This document shows positions 13,639 to 26,233 of a DNA stretch of 64,000 bases, piece by piece; within the stretch, counting starts at the first letter, position 1; the number at the start of each line of letters is the position of its first letter. The stretch covers positions 6,280,399 through 6,344,398 of the forward strand of contig MU053934.1 of NCBI GenBank assembly GCA_013239625.1. Direction: 5' to 3'. The notes beneath the pieces were generated by a model. The model saw only the letters and a list, made by a program, of their open reading frames with translations. It was not told the DNA's origin and did not search any database. Position numbers and translations under genes: made by a program. Source of the DNA: Lama guanicoe (Eukaryota).

Positions 13639-15992
13639 GAGCCCTAACTTTGTTCTATATATTGTTCCTTAGTGTAAAGGAGAAAGATGTGTCTACCTTG
13701 CATCCAAAGATCACTTGCCACTGGCTGTTGGCTTAATTTTCTCTCCCACTGGGAAGGCACATCATCACAATGGAAACAAAATAAATATCAGTGAGGGTAG
13801 AGGAGAGTGTGACAGTTAAGGACAGGTGAACATACTTTAGGAATGATAAGCCTTAATAAGATTATATTCTCCTGATTCTCTGTCCTCCCATCTGTTTTCC
13901 TTTATATGTGTAATTTTAAGATCTAAAGATCAGATCTCAGAAATAATAACAATGCAGCATTTATAATTCTGGTACCACTTGCTTCATGAGTAAATAGCAA
14001 CTCTCCTCATGCTGCATTTTCTTAATGTGACATTCAACTATATGAAGAAGATATACACATTTTCTGATACTCTGAGAATTTGGGTTCCAGTGTAAGTGAA
14101 ATGAGTTATTCCTTTTATTTTTCAGGGGAGCCGTAGGAAGTTCAAGAAGATAAAGAAGGGGAAAAGGAGGGGTCCTAGTGTCAGGAAAAGGGGAAGCGGT
14201 GGGGAGTGTCTTTCTCTCTTGTGTTCTGCCCGCCCTCCCCCCATCCCTATCCCTGCCCCTTTCCTGCTCTTTCTCCAGCAATTGCTTTTGAAGAGTTGGC
14301 CTGAGAAGGAAGGAAGGCATCTGGAACAGTTTTTAATTCTCTGAGGATGGCTTGTAGGTCCTGTGTCTTTCAGGACTAGAACGAGCATCTTATGAGGTGA
14401 GTTTAGGAGGAGATCAGATTACTCTTGTAAGAGATTTTCATTTTTGGAGTCTTTGCTCTGAGCTTTATAAGTTTTTTTTTTTTTAACCTGTTTTTGCTTT
14501 TGTTTTTGTTTGGAAAAGAGATATTATATTCTTATTTGAATTTTTTTCCTTATCTGGGGGAAAGGAAAGATAATTCTCCAGTTAGAAGAAATGCCTTTGA
14601 GGATACAGCAAAATAATGCAAAACCATTTAGTATAATAAGTGTTTATTCTTGCTGATAAATTAGACCATCCCCCTTAAATAAAGCATGTTTGGGAACTTT
14701 GGTTCTAGAGGGGGTTACTAACACCACCACAAAAGTAGATTAGAATCGGGCTAGTCACCACAAGTAGCAAGGTAAGAATGGATTTCTTGGCTAGTGAGGA
14801 GGAAACCAACTGAGTCCCCAGGCTTTTCCATGCCCTCCTGTGGGACCTAACTCACGTCTAGACTCCTTCCCCTCTATTCTCCTATTTACAAAATAAAATG
14901 AAAGAGTTCAAGGGTCAAACAGAACACCTCCGGATAATGTAAATGATGTTAGAGAACAACCACCGAGGTCTGTGATAAATAGCAGTTGGGTGATCTCTGT
15001 TTCTTTGCGAGGTAATGATGCTTCTCTGCTCTTTAGCTCCCTGGGAAAGAAACATCCTGTCCAAATGTAATTTGTCTGGACTTTTATAAACTCATAGGTC
15101 AGATTTAGTAAATCTGCATCATAGCTCCATCACATACTTACAAGTGACCATAGGCAACCTACCTGGCATTTTCTAGCCTCAGTTTCGTATTTATAATAAC
15201 GCAGAATAGTGAAAATGAAATGAGAAAACATGTAAATGGACACAGTGCTCAATAGGCACTAGCTCTTAATAAAACTTCTCCGCCTGCAAACATGCTCTGA
15301 GCAGGAGGAACGGCCCGCAGACGCCCACACGCACATACACCACAGAGCCGGTGGCCTGATGCTGCGCGTCCCCATCCCAGTGGCCAGCAGCGGGGAAGGC
15401 GGTGGCGTGGTGGGGTAGCCGCTGGAGGGCACGAATAAGTTTGGCCAAAACTGTACCAAGCAACTGCATGCGTATACGCCTCCAGGCTGGATGCAGAGAG
15501 AACATCTGTAATGTCTTGCTAAAAAATTAGAAGAAAAGCAAGGCAGGACCACGAAATCTGGATTAGTCATCCACTTCCTCTCCCTCCCCCTCATCCAGAA
15601 ATTCTAACCTCAAATCCATATCAGAGGGAAAGCACACACCTGTTATACTTGAGCAGGAGCTACAGCTGACTATCCAGCCTTTCTCGTTTGAGCCCCAACT
15701 GTTCCTGAATGTGTAATCCTCATGTAACTGACTGCATCATGTAAAGCCTGTCCTACCTGGGGTTTATTTCTGGCCACTCTGAAGCAGCTGGAGCATCTCA
15801 CCTGTGGGCCCTGCCAGCACTTCCAGTATTCTTCATCACCTAGCAGTTTTGACATGGTCATATTTACTGCTGCTATTTGACAAGACATCCTCCCATTTTC
15901 ATCACCTACTTCCCAATCTTAGTTGTCTATTGCTGTGTGACAAATTACCCCCAACACTATTGGCTTGAAAACAACAATAAACACATATTACA

Positions 15993-16085
15993 GGGTGGGG
16001 GGGTATATAGCTCACTGGTGGAGTGCATACCTAACACAAGGTCCTGGGTTCAACCCCCAGTACCACCATTAAAAATAAGTAAAAA
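15993..16085 (+). mobile_element. tRNA-derived SINE nested in an MLT1-like LTR remnant
   Basis: gggtatatagctcactggtggag...gtcctgggttcaacccccagtacc plus A-rich tail. Confidence 0.8.
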
Positions 16086-16504
16086 TCTTTAGAACATAGT
16101 GATAATTTCCCTCATAGTCAGTGATCCAAAGACATGAAGGCAGAAGCTGCAGTGTCTTCCCGAATAGTCCTGCAGACCAGCTCTGAGTTGGTGTGGGCTG
16201 GTCTCAGGGCACTCATACACAACAGCATGAATTGCATGGAGGTGGGGACCACTGGGGGCCATTTTGGAGGCTGGCTGCCATAGGGTATCATGATTGACTT
16301 GCTACTTAAAATTTTTTCCCTTCCTTCAAAAAATAAACAACTATACACTCCCCCACCCCCACCTTAAGCAGATTTGCCTGCTGGAGCCAGAGGCACGTTC
16401 TTTTTTCAAAACATAACTTAGGTACATTGTAATAATGCTTCATCCAAGTATTAGCTGGACACCTACCAAGAATCACACTCTTTAAATTGGAATATATGTA
16501 TTTC

Positions 16505-16510
16505 TTTATT
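16505..16510 (-). terminator. Probable SNU13 polyadenylation signal
   Basis: TTTATT on + (AATAAA on -), about 930 nt downstream of the stop. Confidence 0.6.
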
Positions 16511-17440
16511 AGGATGCTCACAAGAACGACACATTAGCACTGTCCTTCTGACGTAATAGAGAATACTTACATCTGACCCACATCATGGCAGGAAACAGGG
16601 GTAAGGGCTCTCAAAGCTGATACCAAGTGTCCACTAAAGACATTTCCATTCACCAAAGTAAGCCTGGATTCCATCATTTCTGCTGTACCTTCCTGTTCTC
16701 CATGACTGGCCCAGAATCCTTCATTCCAGAACCTCTTGCCACTCCTTTAAGACCTGGGTCACCTGTTCCATGTCTCACTTACCCAGGCCACCTCTGGAAT
16801 TCTGCAGCACATTTCTTTGGTATGCTGTTGCCCTGCCACCCTCAGGGCCATGGGTGGGAGTTGGGGGGAAACATAACATCATATTACAAAGGCAAACAGC
16901 AGAGGAACATTAGCAAATGACACTTGGGACACACACCCAACAACCTCACAGAATACATGCTTCCTCCCCAAATGATACATAATGCTCTAAAGAGCGAAGG
17001 AAACCCCTCCATCATTCAAACACGTATGCAATGATTCTGTGTGCCAGGTACAAGGGATACAAAGTGAATATACTGTTTACTTCCCTCATTCCCTGTTTAC
17101 AGTAGGAAGTTGAAAGCCTGAAAGCTGGAACCAGATCTCTTATCTTGGCTCTTTCCTGCCTTTGAATGGTGTTCACCTTAATTCCACCTATTCTGGGCAT
17201 TAACTCATTTTTCAAAAGGGAGGATAAGATGGCACAGAGAGTAGAAGGGGAGATTAGGGGTGGGGAGGGGATGACAACCTATAAAACAAGACAAAACAAT
17301 ACAAAAATACAAAAACCAGATTTAGCACTACAATACTTTATAACAATAGAAGGTAGCTGGAAATACTACATGCTAACAGACAATATGATACATAACCTCT
17401 GGGGGAGGAGTCAGCAGGGAGTGTGGCAGAGGCCACCTGT

Positions 17441-17703
17441 TTAGACTAAGAGCCTTTCAATGGACTGCTGGATGGACTGGATCTGCTGCTTCAGTTGTGA
17501 GCCTTCTTTGATGGTGACAGAACAGGCGATGACAGGCCTGGAGACCCCACAGGCCCGCCCCAGGGCCTGCTTGGAGCGCACAAACACATAGGGCACATTC
17601 TTGTCCTCACACAGCAGTGGGAGGTGCAGGATGATCTCCAGGGGCTCGGCGTCTGCAGCCATCACAATGAACTCAGAGATGCCTCTGTTGAGAGTTTTGG
17701 TGG
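17441..17703 (-). CDS. SNU13: SNU13 (NHP2L1, 15.5K) last coding exon, stop TAA 17443-17441
   Basis: ccacag|[88 protein letters not shown]7Ae-family 15.5K. Confidence 0.98.
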
Positions 17704-18389
17704 CTGTGGAGAGAAGGACATGAGGCTGATAGGTGATGTGAGGTTGGGGCAGGGAAGCCACAACAAAGCGATTTCCAAAGAAAAGAAACACAGGTGCAAG
17801 AAAACTGGGCAAAACTTCCAGGACTAAACAATTCTGTGTCCCATAGTGGCCTTGGGAAGTGAGGGGGATTCAAGCACCAGTTAGTCATCCCGAATGCCTT
17901 CCTCAGACCCTGTATCAAATCCATCAATTCTGTCAAAACAGATCCTGAATCAGACCCCTTACCTTCTTCCTGTCCTCTGCTACCACACTTGCCCAGGTCA
18001 CCACATCTCTTGCCTGGCTGACTGGAACAGCTTTCAGCCAAGTTCCACCAGCACGAAGCAGTGTCATGCAGCACTTCTCAAAACTCTGATCAAGGATCAG
18101 GGTTTTACCATCCCAGTCTGCCATGATCAATACTTCTGGAAAGCTCACACCACATGCAACTCACCAAGCAAGTTCAACACCTACAGCATTGTTCAAATGC
18201 TTATTCCTGATTGCTTATCTCTGTGACCCAGTGGTAGCCCATGCACCACACTCTGCTGCTCTTAAGTCCTTGCATTGGTCCTAATCAAGAGCATCCAGCC
18301 CTCTTCCCATACTGGAAATCTAGTCCAGAGACCCCAGATATGAACAGTGCCTTTAACACTCTTCCTGAAACATTCTCTGGTTGGCTTAC

Positions 18390-18510
18390 CTTCATTGGCT
18401 CCTTTTCGAAGCTGCTTGTAGTTACATGACTGCTGAACAAGGTCCAATAGTTTCTTGGTGAGGTGGGCATCTGCAAGAGGGTAGGCCTTCGGATTTACAT
18501 CAGCTTCGGT
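18390..18510 (-). CDS. SNU13: SNU13 coding exon 2 (121 bp)
   Basis: cctatag|[40 protein letters not shown]|gtaagc. Confidence 0.98.
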
Positions 18511-21500
18511 CTATAGGGGGACATCAAAGCATGAGTCAAACTGAACCAGAAGTTGTTCCAGACAAGTCATAAAATACTTTAATCAACAACTGAGAGAGGC
18601 TTTCCTGCTCCCCCACCCCCAAACACACACCTTTAATAATTGACACTGGCCTGCCCACTCTTTTGGAAAAAATGAAATATTAGGCTCAAAAAAAATTTAG
18701 CAACTACACAGTCCAATAATATACCAAAGCCTATGTACTTTTGCCTGTTTTTTTGGGGGCGGCAGCTAATGTTTGGTAATATTATAGCAAATGGATTATA
18801 ACAGACTTCCATGGCTCAGTATCCATTTTAGTCACATGGGAGTAATCTCTAAATTTCGGTTTCCATATTCCACCCCAAACTTACTAAATCTAAATTAAGG
18901 TATAATTTATAGAAACCTAGCACAAAGTTCTGTCTATTCCCTTCAATATTGTATCTTCTGTTTCCAGCAAGAATCCTGGTTTCCAAAACATCTAAATATT
19001 TCCTCAATTATTCCACCCTACAATACATATAAAATGATTTCAGAATTGCTATACCAATACTGCCTCTACAACCACAAACCCATCAAGGTCAAAATTTCTT
19101 TTTATTCTTAGAATATATCTGACTAAAGACATCCAGTCAGAGTATGCTGTGTTTGGAGGCTGGACCACGGTGGTGCAGAATTCGGTGAGGGCTGGAGGAG
19201 TTTCATGAAGCAGTGGGGAAAGACCTTATTACTCGCTCTTCTGCATACATTCCAGAATCAGTTTTTCAATGTCCACAAAAAAACCCTGCTAGGACAGTCT
19301 GATTTGCAGGTTTGAAGTAATCCTAATTAGGGTAAAACACCTTTATGATACAGAATCTGTCAATCCATTTAAACATATATACTTAACTCTTCAGTGCTTT
19401 TAAATAAAGCTTTATAATGTCTCCCAAAGTTTTAATATCTTTTTTTCTAGTGTTAAACCACTTTTGCACTCCTAAGGTAAAACCAACTTTAAGATTTTCT
19501 TATTTTATTCTACATCCATTAGCTAATGGACATATGGTTTCTTTTTAAGATTTGCACAAGTCTGTAAATATACAAAACCCCAGAATTATAAATTCTACCT
19601 TGTTTTTTAAAAATTGACATATAATTGACCTACAGTACTATGTTACTTCCAGGTACACAGCACTGATATTTGATATTTCTACACAATACAAAATGATTAC
19701 CACTGAATTACACATTTTATTTGTAGATTATGTCTCTTTCATGTTTGTTACCCCTTATTTATAATTTTTTGCTTATTTTCTTGATTAAACTCACTGGAGG
19801 GGGCTTTTCAAAGACTCTTCTGATTTTGTCCACCCTATAACAGGATCTATTTTCTATTCCAGTAATTTCTGCTTTTGTTTGTTTTTCTTTCCTCTCCTTT
19901 CTTTCATGTTATTTTGTCTTTTTGTTCTCTCCCTAGCTTTTTAGTGCCACCTGCCCCCACTATAAGCATTTCAGGTTTAATACTTCAGTTGTACCCTATG
20001 TGCTCTGGTATTTGGCATTTTCATTATTATTCAGTCCTGTTTTCAAATATCCCTTACATATTTTCAATTTGGGTGCAGAATTTACTGGTTTCACTACCAT
20101 CACTAGATCAAGTTTATTCCTAGTGTTCTTCAAATTTTCTCTTTCCCTACTGATGTCTTGGCTTCATGATCTATCAATTAAACGCTATATAACTGCATAT
20201 TTGTCTACTTTTTCTTGTAATGATGTCATTTTCATTTTACTTGTACTTTATTTTTAGCCATCATTACTGATGCCTTTTTTCCTTTTCCTTTTTTTTTTTT
20301 TTTTTAGAAACTTCAACCTGTCTTTTTAACTGGAGCATTTAGTCCCTTCCTATATTTATTTAAATACTGATATATTGGGTCCAAATCTCCCTTCTTTTGT
20401 GCCTTCTATTTGTCCTACCTGTTCTGTTTCCTTTTCTTTCTCCTCCCTTTCAGTTTTTTTCCCCCTACTATCTTCCCGTTTAGTGGTTTGGAGTTATATA
20501 TCTTTATTCTTTTGGTAGCTACCTGAGAAATCACAAGTTATGTCCTTATCAAAATCTAATGTTCCTCAATACTATCATCTTCCTCTTAAACAATAAAGGA
20601 CCCAGTAACACTTTAATTCCAAGCACTTCTCATAAATATGTATTTTTAAATGCCAGATATCTTTGTTGCAGTTTCCAATAGCCCATATCTGGAAATTAGG
20701 ATTCTCAACTCAATAAACATCAAATGAATAAAAGGGGAGACCTCAGGAGCCCCAACAACAGAGTTACCTTATTGTTTTAATGTCAGTCAACAACAACAAA
20801 ACGTCTGCTCAACTTTAAAACCAAACTACCTAGCTTATAAATAGCAACTGAAATTTGTTTAGTGTATATTTATTCACCTTTTAACTTTTTCAAGGGTTAA
20901 TTAAATGAGTGAATGAACAAAATCTTACTGCTAAGCAACTTTAATCCCTAGCTTGATGCTTTTGGTTTCTCTACACCAGACAGCCAAAACCTGCAAGGTT
21001 TTGATTTACCAGCAAATAGTGCGTGCTCACACTTTCCGTATCAAGAATTAGGACTAGGTGTTTAACATGCATTATCTTGTTTAATTTAATCCTCTTGCAT
21101 TGTTATCCTCATTTTACAGTTGAGGGAAATTACTCTTAAGTTCAACCCGAGACCATCCGATTCCAAAACTTTTCAAGGAACTGCGGAGAATGAACACTGA
21201 TTTAGAAGCTTCAAATTCTAGGTTTAGTCATCTACTAGCTTCAAAACGGGGTTAGCAAGGTTGGGAAGATAGCAGCCAGGATCCAAGATCCGTTGAAGGG
21301 AATAAACCTGACTGGAGTTACAGTGCTTTGCAAACTCTTCCCTCCTTACTAAGTGCCAAATGACTACCAGGCCACACGATTTGATTCAAAAGCTGAAGAC
21401 CACCAAGTTTTAGAGGAGCCGCACAATGTGCCAAAAGGACTTTTAATTTCTGAGACTACCGCCTCGCAGGAGTTTTTCCAGTACCCCAAGCCGGGGTTCA

Positions 21501-21559
21501 GGGTCACTTCACATTCCCCACAGCCCCCAAACGTCAAAGGCTCCTTTAATCCTTGACAC

Positions 21560-22240
21560 ATGTAACTCGCGGCGGGCACTAGGCGCAGACCCACGGAGCT
21601 CTCCCTCTCGTGAACATCAACAATGGGGAAGTGGGGTAGGGGAGGCTGATCCAAATCCAGGGTTCCACACCATCCTCTAGCGATCTCCCCCCAACAAAGA
21701 AAAATAAAACAGATGGAGCCAAGTTTTCTCATCCAACTTTCTACTGTCTCCCACGTGGGTTGGTCTTTCTCCCAGGCCGGGCCATGCCCCCTCCACTCAC
21801 CGGAGGACTTCGGCCACGAGCACAGACTGATGCAAAGCATCTCCATCACTGCAGTTGGACCCTGAGGTTTCCAGAGTTCTAACCTCGGGCCAGGAGAGAA
21901 GGCAGTGCGGGAGCTCTAACCCCGGGCTGGGCGAGCGAGACGGCGCACGTTCTAAGGCCCCATCAAGCTAGTGAGAGACTCGAATCCCGAGTCTCCCGCT
22001 TCCCGGTCCTTCGGGCAGGAGCACGCACTCACCATGGTTGCGGTTATGTGGTCTCGTCACGCCTCAAGGAGCACAGCGATGTCAGAGATGGAGCGATCAC
22101 CTCTGCGGGAAAGCAGCGGAAGGAATGGAAATGGCCGCGCGCGACAGGAAGCGGAAGTGACGTTACCAAAAGGACGTGGCCACGCCCCCTAAGGGGCGCC
22201 GGCCCGGAATGGCTTCAGTTCCGGGGTAGGGGCCACATTT
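21560..22240 (-). promoter_or_regulatory. SNU13 CpG-island promoter and 5' region
   Basis: CpG-rich; overlapping ETS/CRE CGGAAGTGACG 22152-22162, YY1-like AAATGGCCGC about 22129-22138, KLF/SP GGCCACGCCCC 22178-22188. Confidence 0.8.
22033..22035 (-). CDS. SNU13: SNU13 first coding exon contributes only the ATG
   Basis: caaccATG|gtgagt in a CpG island; 3+121+263=387 nt = 128 aa + stop. Confidence 0.9.
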
Positions 22241-25200
22241 TGCTGTTTTTATTGTCATTCTACTATAAGTTATTTGCAGCAGCAATGAGTTAAACAGTTA
22301 AAAAAAAAAACAACCCACACCAAAATAGAGTTTAAATGATGTCGTCATTCCATTGCTAGTTTATTTTTTTAGCACATTCTTGTGCTTTTAAAATCATCTT
22401 TTTGACCCTACAGTGGTAAAGGAAAGATATGGAGACAATAATAGGTAATCCTAAATGTTTTTCTTTGTATTCAGTAGGAAGGAGGAAGAAGAGCAGGTTT
22501 GGGGAGGGGGTTGAGTTTCTGTCCTACTGAGTTTGGAGATGACCTAGGACATCCATTTTCCTCTGACCCAGCATGCTGCTCTTTTCTCTGTGCTGCTCCA
22601 AATCTCCACTACTGAAGGCTACTCTCACGCCTCACCACCTCCAAGAAGTCCTCCCTGATCCTTATGGCCCTTACTCATCTCTCTTCACATGATGCCAGGC
22701 ATACCTTGGGACCATTTGGACCTAGCCAAAACTAGACCATAATGAGCCAGTTCCAGTTAATTCCTTTGGAAACCTAGAAGTAGAGACCTGGCAGGATCCT
22801 TAGGAATCATGCAGTGATTTTCACAGATACTGAGGCCCAGAGAGGGGAAGCTGCTTGTCCACAGTCACAGAATGAGGCAGTGGCCAAGCCAGAACTGGAC
22901 CCTGGGAGTTTTGGCTATTAACTTGGGTTACTTCCACCACATCTAGTTACTGTGCTTGAAAACTCAGCAGGATGGGTTTGAACTGGCTCCAGGACTGAAC
23001 GTTTATTGCATGAAAATCCCCCTATCAGACTTTATCCATGCAAATGTATGACTTGTCAAAGAATAAAATTTGTCTCCAAATTATGAAATTCCCACTGATG
23101 TCCTTTATAACAATCTCTGATTGTTATTTGGCCTACTTGGCATCTTGGACCATCATATCCCAGATCTCCTCAGTAATGACTGACAGGGTCTTGATATTTT
23201 TATGACCATGAGTAATGAGCCTTATTAATTTTGTTTCCCTAACTGTTTCTCAACTATATAATAACTCAAGTTCCACATTCTCTCATAACTAGCCCACCTT
23301 TTTGTATCTTGCTATTTCCCTTGCTAATAAGATAATAAGTGTTGATATATGCTCAGAATTGATTTGTCTTTTACCATGACTCTGTGATTAAAACCCTAAA
23401 TGCTTGCCATGGCTTCCTAGGCCTCTTTCCACCAGTACTCCCCTTCTCATCCCCATGTTACAGCCCCCCCCTTTTTTTCTACCTTGAGCACACCCCAATC
23501 TCCCCAACCCATCCATCACCCTCTGCTGGGAGTGGTGTGCTCCACTGTTCTGCTTAGCTGACTCCTGTTCATCACTTCTTAGGTGAAGCCTCCTTGATTA
23601 CCCAGACTAGGTAATTGCCCCTGCTGGATAGACCCATAAGCCCCCTGTACTTGCCCTTTATAGCACACATTGGCCTTGTTTTGCTCAGTGTTTGCCTTTC
23701 TAACTACCCTGAGAGCTCTTTGAGAGCAGGGCTTGTAGCTACCTTGGAAACTTTTGATATCTATCTGTTGGCATTGTGCCTGATCCAAAGGAAGTTTTTT
23801 TTTCACTTAGGGATCTTTGGTGTCAAGCAAGCAAAAAGGAATTTGAGAAAAGAATCTGTAGTGGAGCCCAGAGGTTCAAGAGGAGATGATTGTGGGGTCA
23901 GGGCCAGTCATAAAATCCTATTCCACTGTCCTTTAGCCAAAGACCACCAGGAACACACCTGTAGTGTTATTATTCATTGCAACAAGGGAGAACACACACC
24001 ATGGGGAACTATGGGACTTCTCAATAAGAGGATGTTTGGATTTACTGTAGGATTTGGGCTGTGTTAAGTGATTTTGGGAAGGGTTCAAGGAAATGGGTTT
24101 GTTCTGGATTAGATGCTATCAGAAAGTATAAGTAATTCTGACTGGGTATCTTAATAAACTTATCTACAAGGTGGAAGGAATAAAGTGAAGCTAAAGCTAT
24201 AATTAGTAACAAAATAGCCATCACTCATGTTAGCCAGGATAAGGAGACATTTGTTTATTTTTGTGATTTCAACAATGTTCATTTTTTTTGTCTGTGTTCA
24301 GACATGATTAAACAGTAGTCTTGTTTTTGTCTTGACAATTAGAGTGGCTTTGTCTGATGTTGACAGTCTAGGAAGTATTTCATGTTCAACAGGAGAACAT
24401 CAAGCCTCAGCTATGAGTGTCAGGCCAGCTTCCAGTAACATCAAGTCCTGACTGATAGAGCTGCACCAGTTTTTAGTTGCCATGGGCTGCTTTTTGTTTT
24501 CATTTTTCTTTTTTAACCAGCTTCCTATTCCTACCTAGAATCTCTATTCTTGATAACTAGAGCCCTGGAAGAGACAGCCCAGGTGGCCAAACTGAGGTCA
24601 CACCTCCACTCCTTAATTGTCCTGGGTCTGTGAAAAAGTAGCAGGTCTAAACTAGGGTAACATTTAGCCAAGATACATTGTGTGGCACATTGGGTTCATA
24701 GAGAAATGCTTTCCAACTAGTTGATAAATAGGTGGTGCCCTTCTACTGGAACCCCAGGGACCACTTACAACCCAGCTATTAAAGGGTTGAGGCTTGGCCC
24801 ATTCTGATTGGCTGGTGACCTTGCCTGCTCTGTTATTCAATATTTTGAATATAATCTTCGGGTGAAAATCGTCAGGGTAGCATTTATACTCCTCTCAACA
24901 CTGATCCTGAGATGGGAAAATAATCCCCCAACAAAAAATCAGGATACGATGTGTGAAGAGGAAGGGATGCCGGGTGATTAAACAAGAACACACATGTTCA
25001 ACACAGTGTTCACTAAATCTTTAATATTGTATAGCCCAGTGGACAAATGGATGAAAGTATCTAACAAGAAAAAAGAAATCAAGTGGACTACAGGTTACAT
25101 CATACATGGGGTGAACTTAATCTCTTCACTTCAGAGGACAGGACGCTTAGAACAAGTTCTTCTGTTTAATTCCTTTTGGGCAGTTCTGCAGTGTGGCCCT

Positions 25201-25406
25201 TACCTGTACTGAGGGCATGTTAGCCAGCTCTGATGCCAGGTTCAGCAGCTGGAGCTGAGGCTACAACATTAGGCTCCTTTGTGAGGTGGCCTTAGTGACA
25301 AGGTGTGCTATAAGGGAGGGGCTACCCCGCCCCAAACTAGCTGGGTCAGCCATACCAGTCCTGCCCTCAAACTCCCTAACACCACCTGCCTGACCTAAGC
25401 TGTGTC

Positions 25407-25622
25407 ATGTTGCTGCCCGTCCTGGGCACCTGTGCTGTGGTGTGGCCATTCCAGGGCCCTGAGTGGGAGCCAGTGAGGGGCCTGCTGTCTGAGGATCACA
25501 GCTGCAGGGACCCTCGGTGCTGCAGCAATCTGCTCGTCCTCTGCCTTTTTCTGATCTGGCAGATTCGGCACTATTGGCATCAGGTCACCAGGACCCAACA
25601 CAGCATGAGGAAGTTTATCAAG
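25407..25622 (+). CDS. C22orf46: C22orf46-like gene coding exon 1 (72 codons; hydrophobic segments)
   Basis: MLLPVLGTCAVVWPFQGPEWEPVRGLLSEDHSCRDPRCCSNLLVLCLFLIWQIRHYWHQVTRTQHSMRKFIK|gtgagg, phase 0; resembles the human C22orf46 N-terminus as recalled; syntenic position between SNU13 and MEI1. Confidence 0.85.
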
Positions 25623-26233
25623 GTGAGGGGGTCCCACACACCTCATTCCTTTAATACCACAGCTGTCTCAGTCTTTTGTTACTAGGACCGTGTTCTATGA
25701 TCTCAGACTGGTCAGGGAGAGCATTATTTTGCCCCACACCCAGCAGTCACCCTGACTTCTCTCCCTCACCCTTCACAATCAATCCACCTGCAAGTCCTAT
25801 GAGCTCTACTTGCAAACCATATCTCAAATATCTCACCACACCCTCCTGGGCAAAGCCATCCTCAGGTCTCACCTGGACTGTGGGTACCACCTTCTACCTG
25901 ATTCCTGCCACCTCTCTCTCCCAACCATAGTCAGTGCTCCACGCAGCCAACAGAATGAACTTCTTTCTCTCTCTCTTTAAAAATTTTAATCCAAGGATAA
26001 TATACACATTACAAGTGTGTAAATCAGTGATTTTTTTGCAAACTGAACAAATACATGTGCAGCACTAGATTAAGAAACAGACCAGCAGCCAAGAAAGTTG
26101 CAGACATAACCATGCTAGTTTCTAATAGTACAGACTAGCTCTGCTCTGCAGAAGACTAGCTCTGCTCTAGTACAGACTAGTCTTCTGCACTCAGCTTGAG
26201 CCTAACATTATGCTCATGAGCAAGAACAAACTT

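Noticed and set aside
17704..17812. N-terminal extension of the 123-aa SNU13 ORF
   Set aside because: Intronic; the acceptor is at 17705-17704 and the true N-terminus comes from upstream exons.
19150..19240. GC-richer stretch among L1 fragments in SNU13 intron 1 as a possible snoRNA or exon
   Set aside because: No convincing C/D or H/ACA boxes or splice-site pair found on the - strand.
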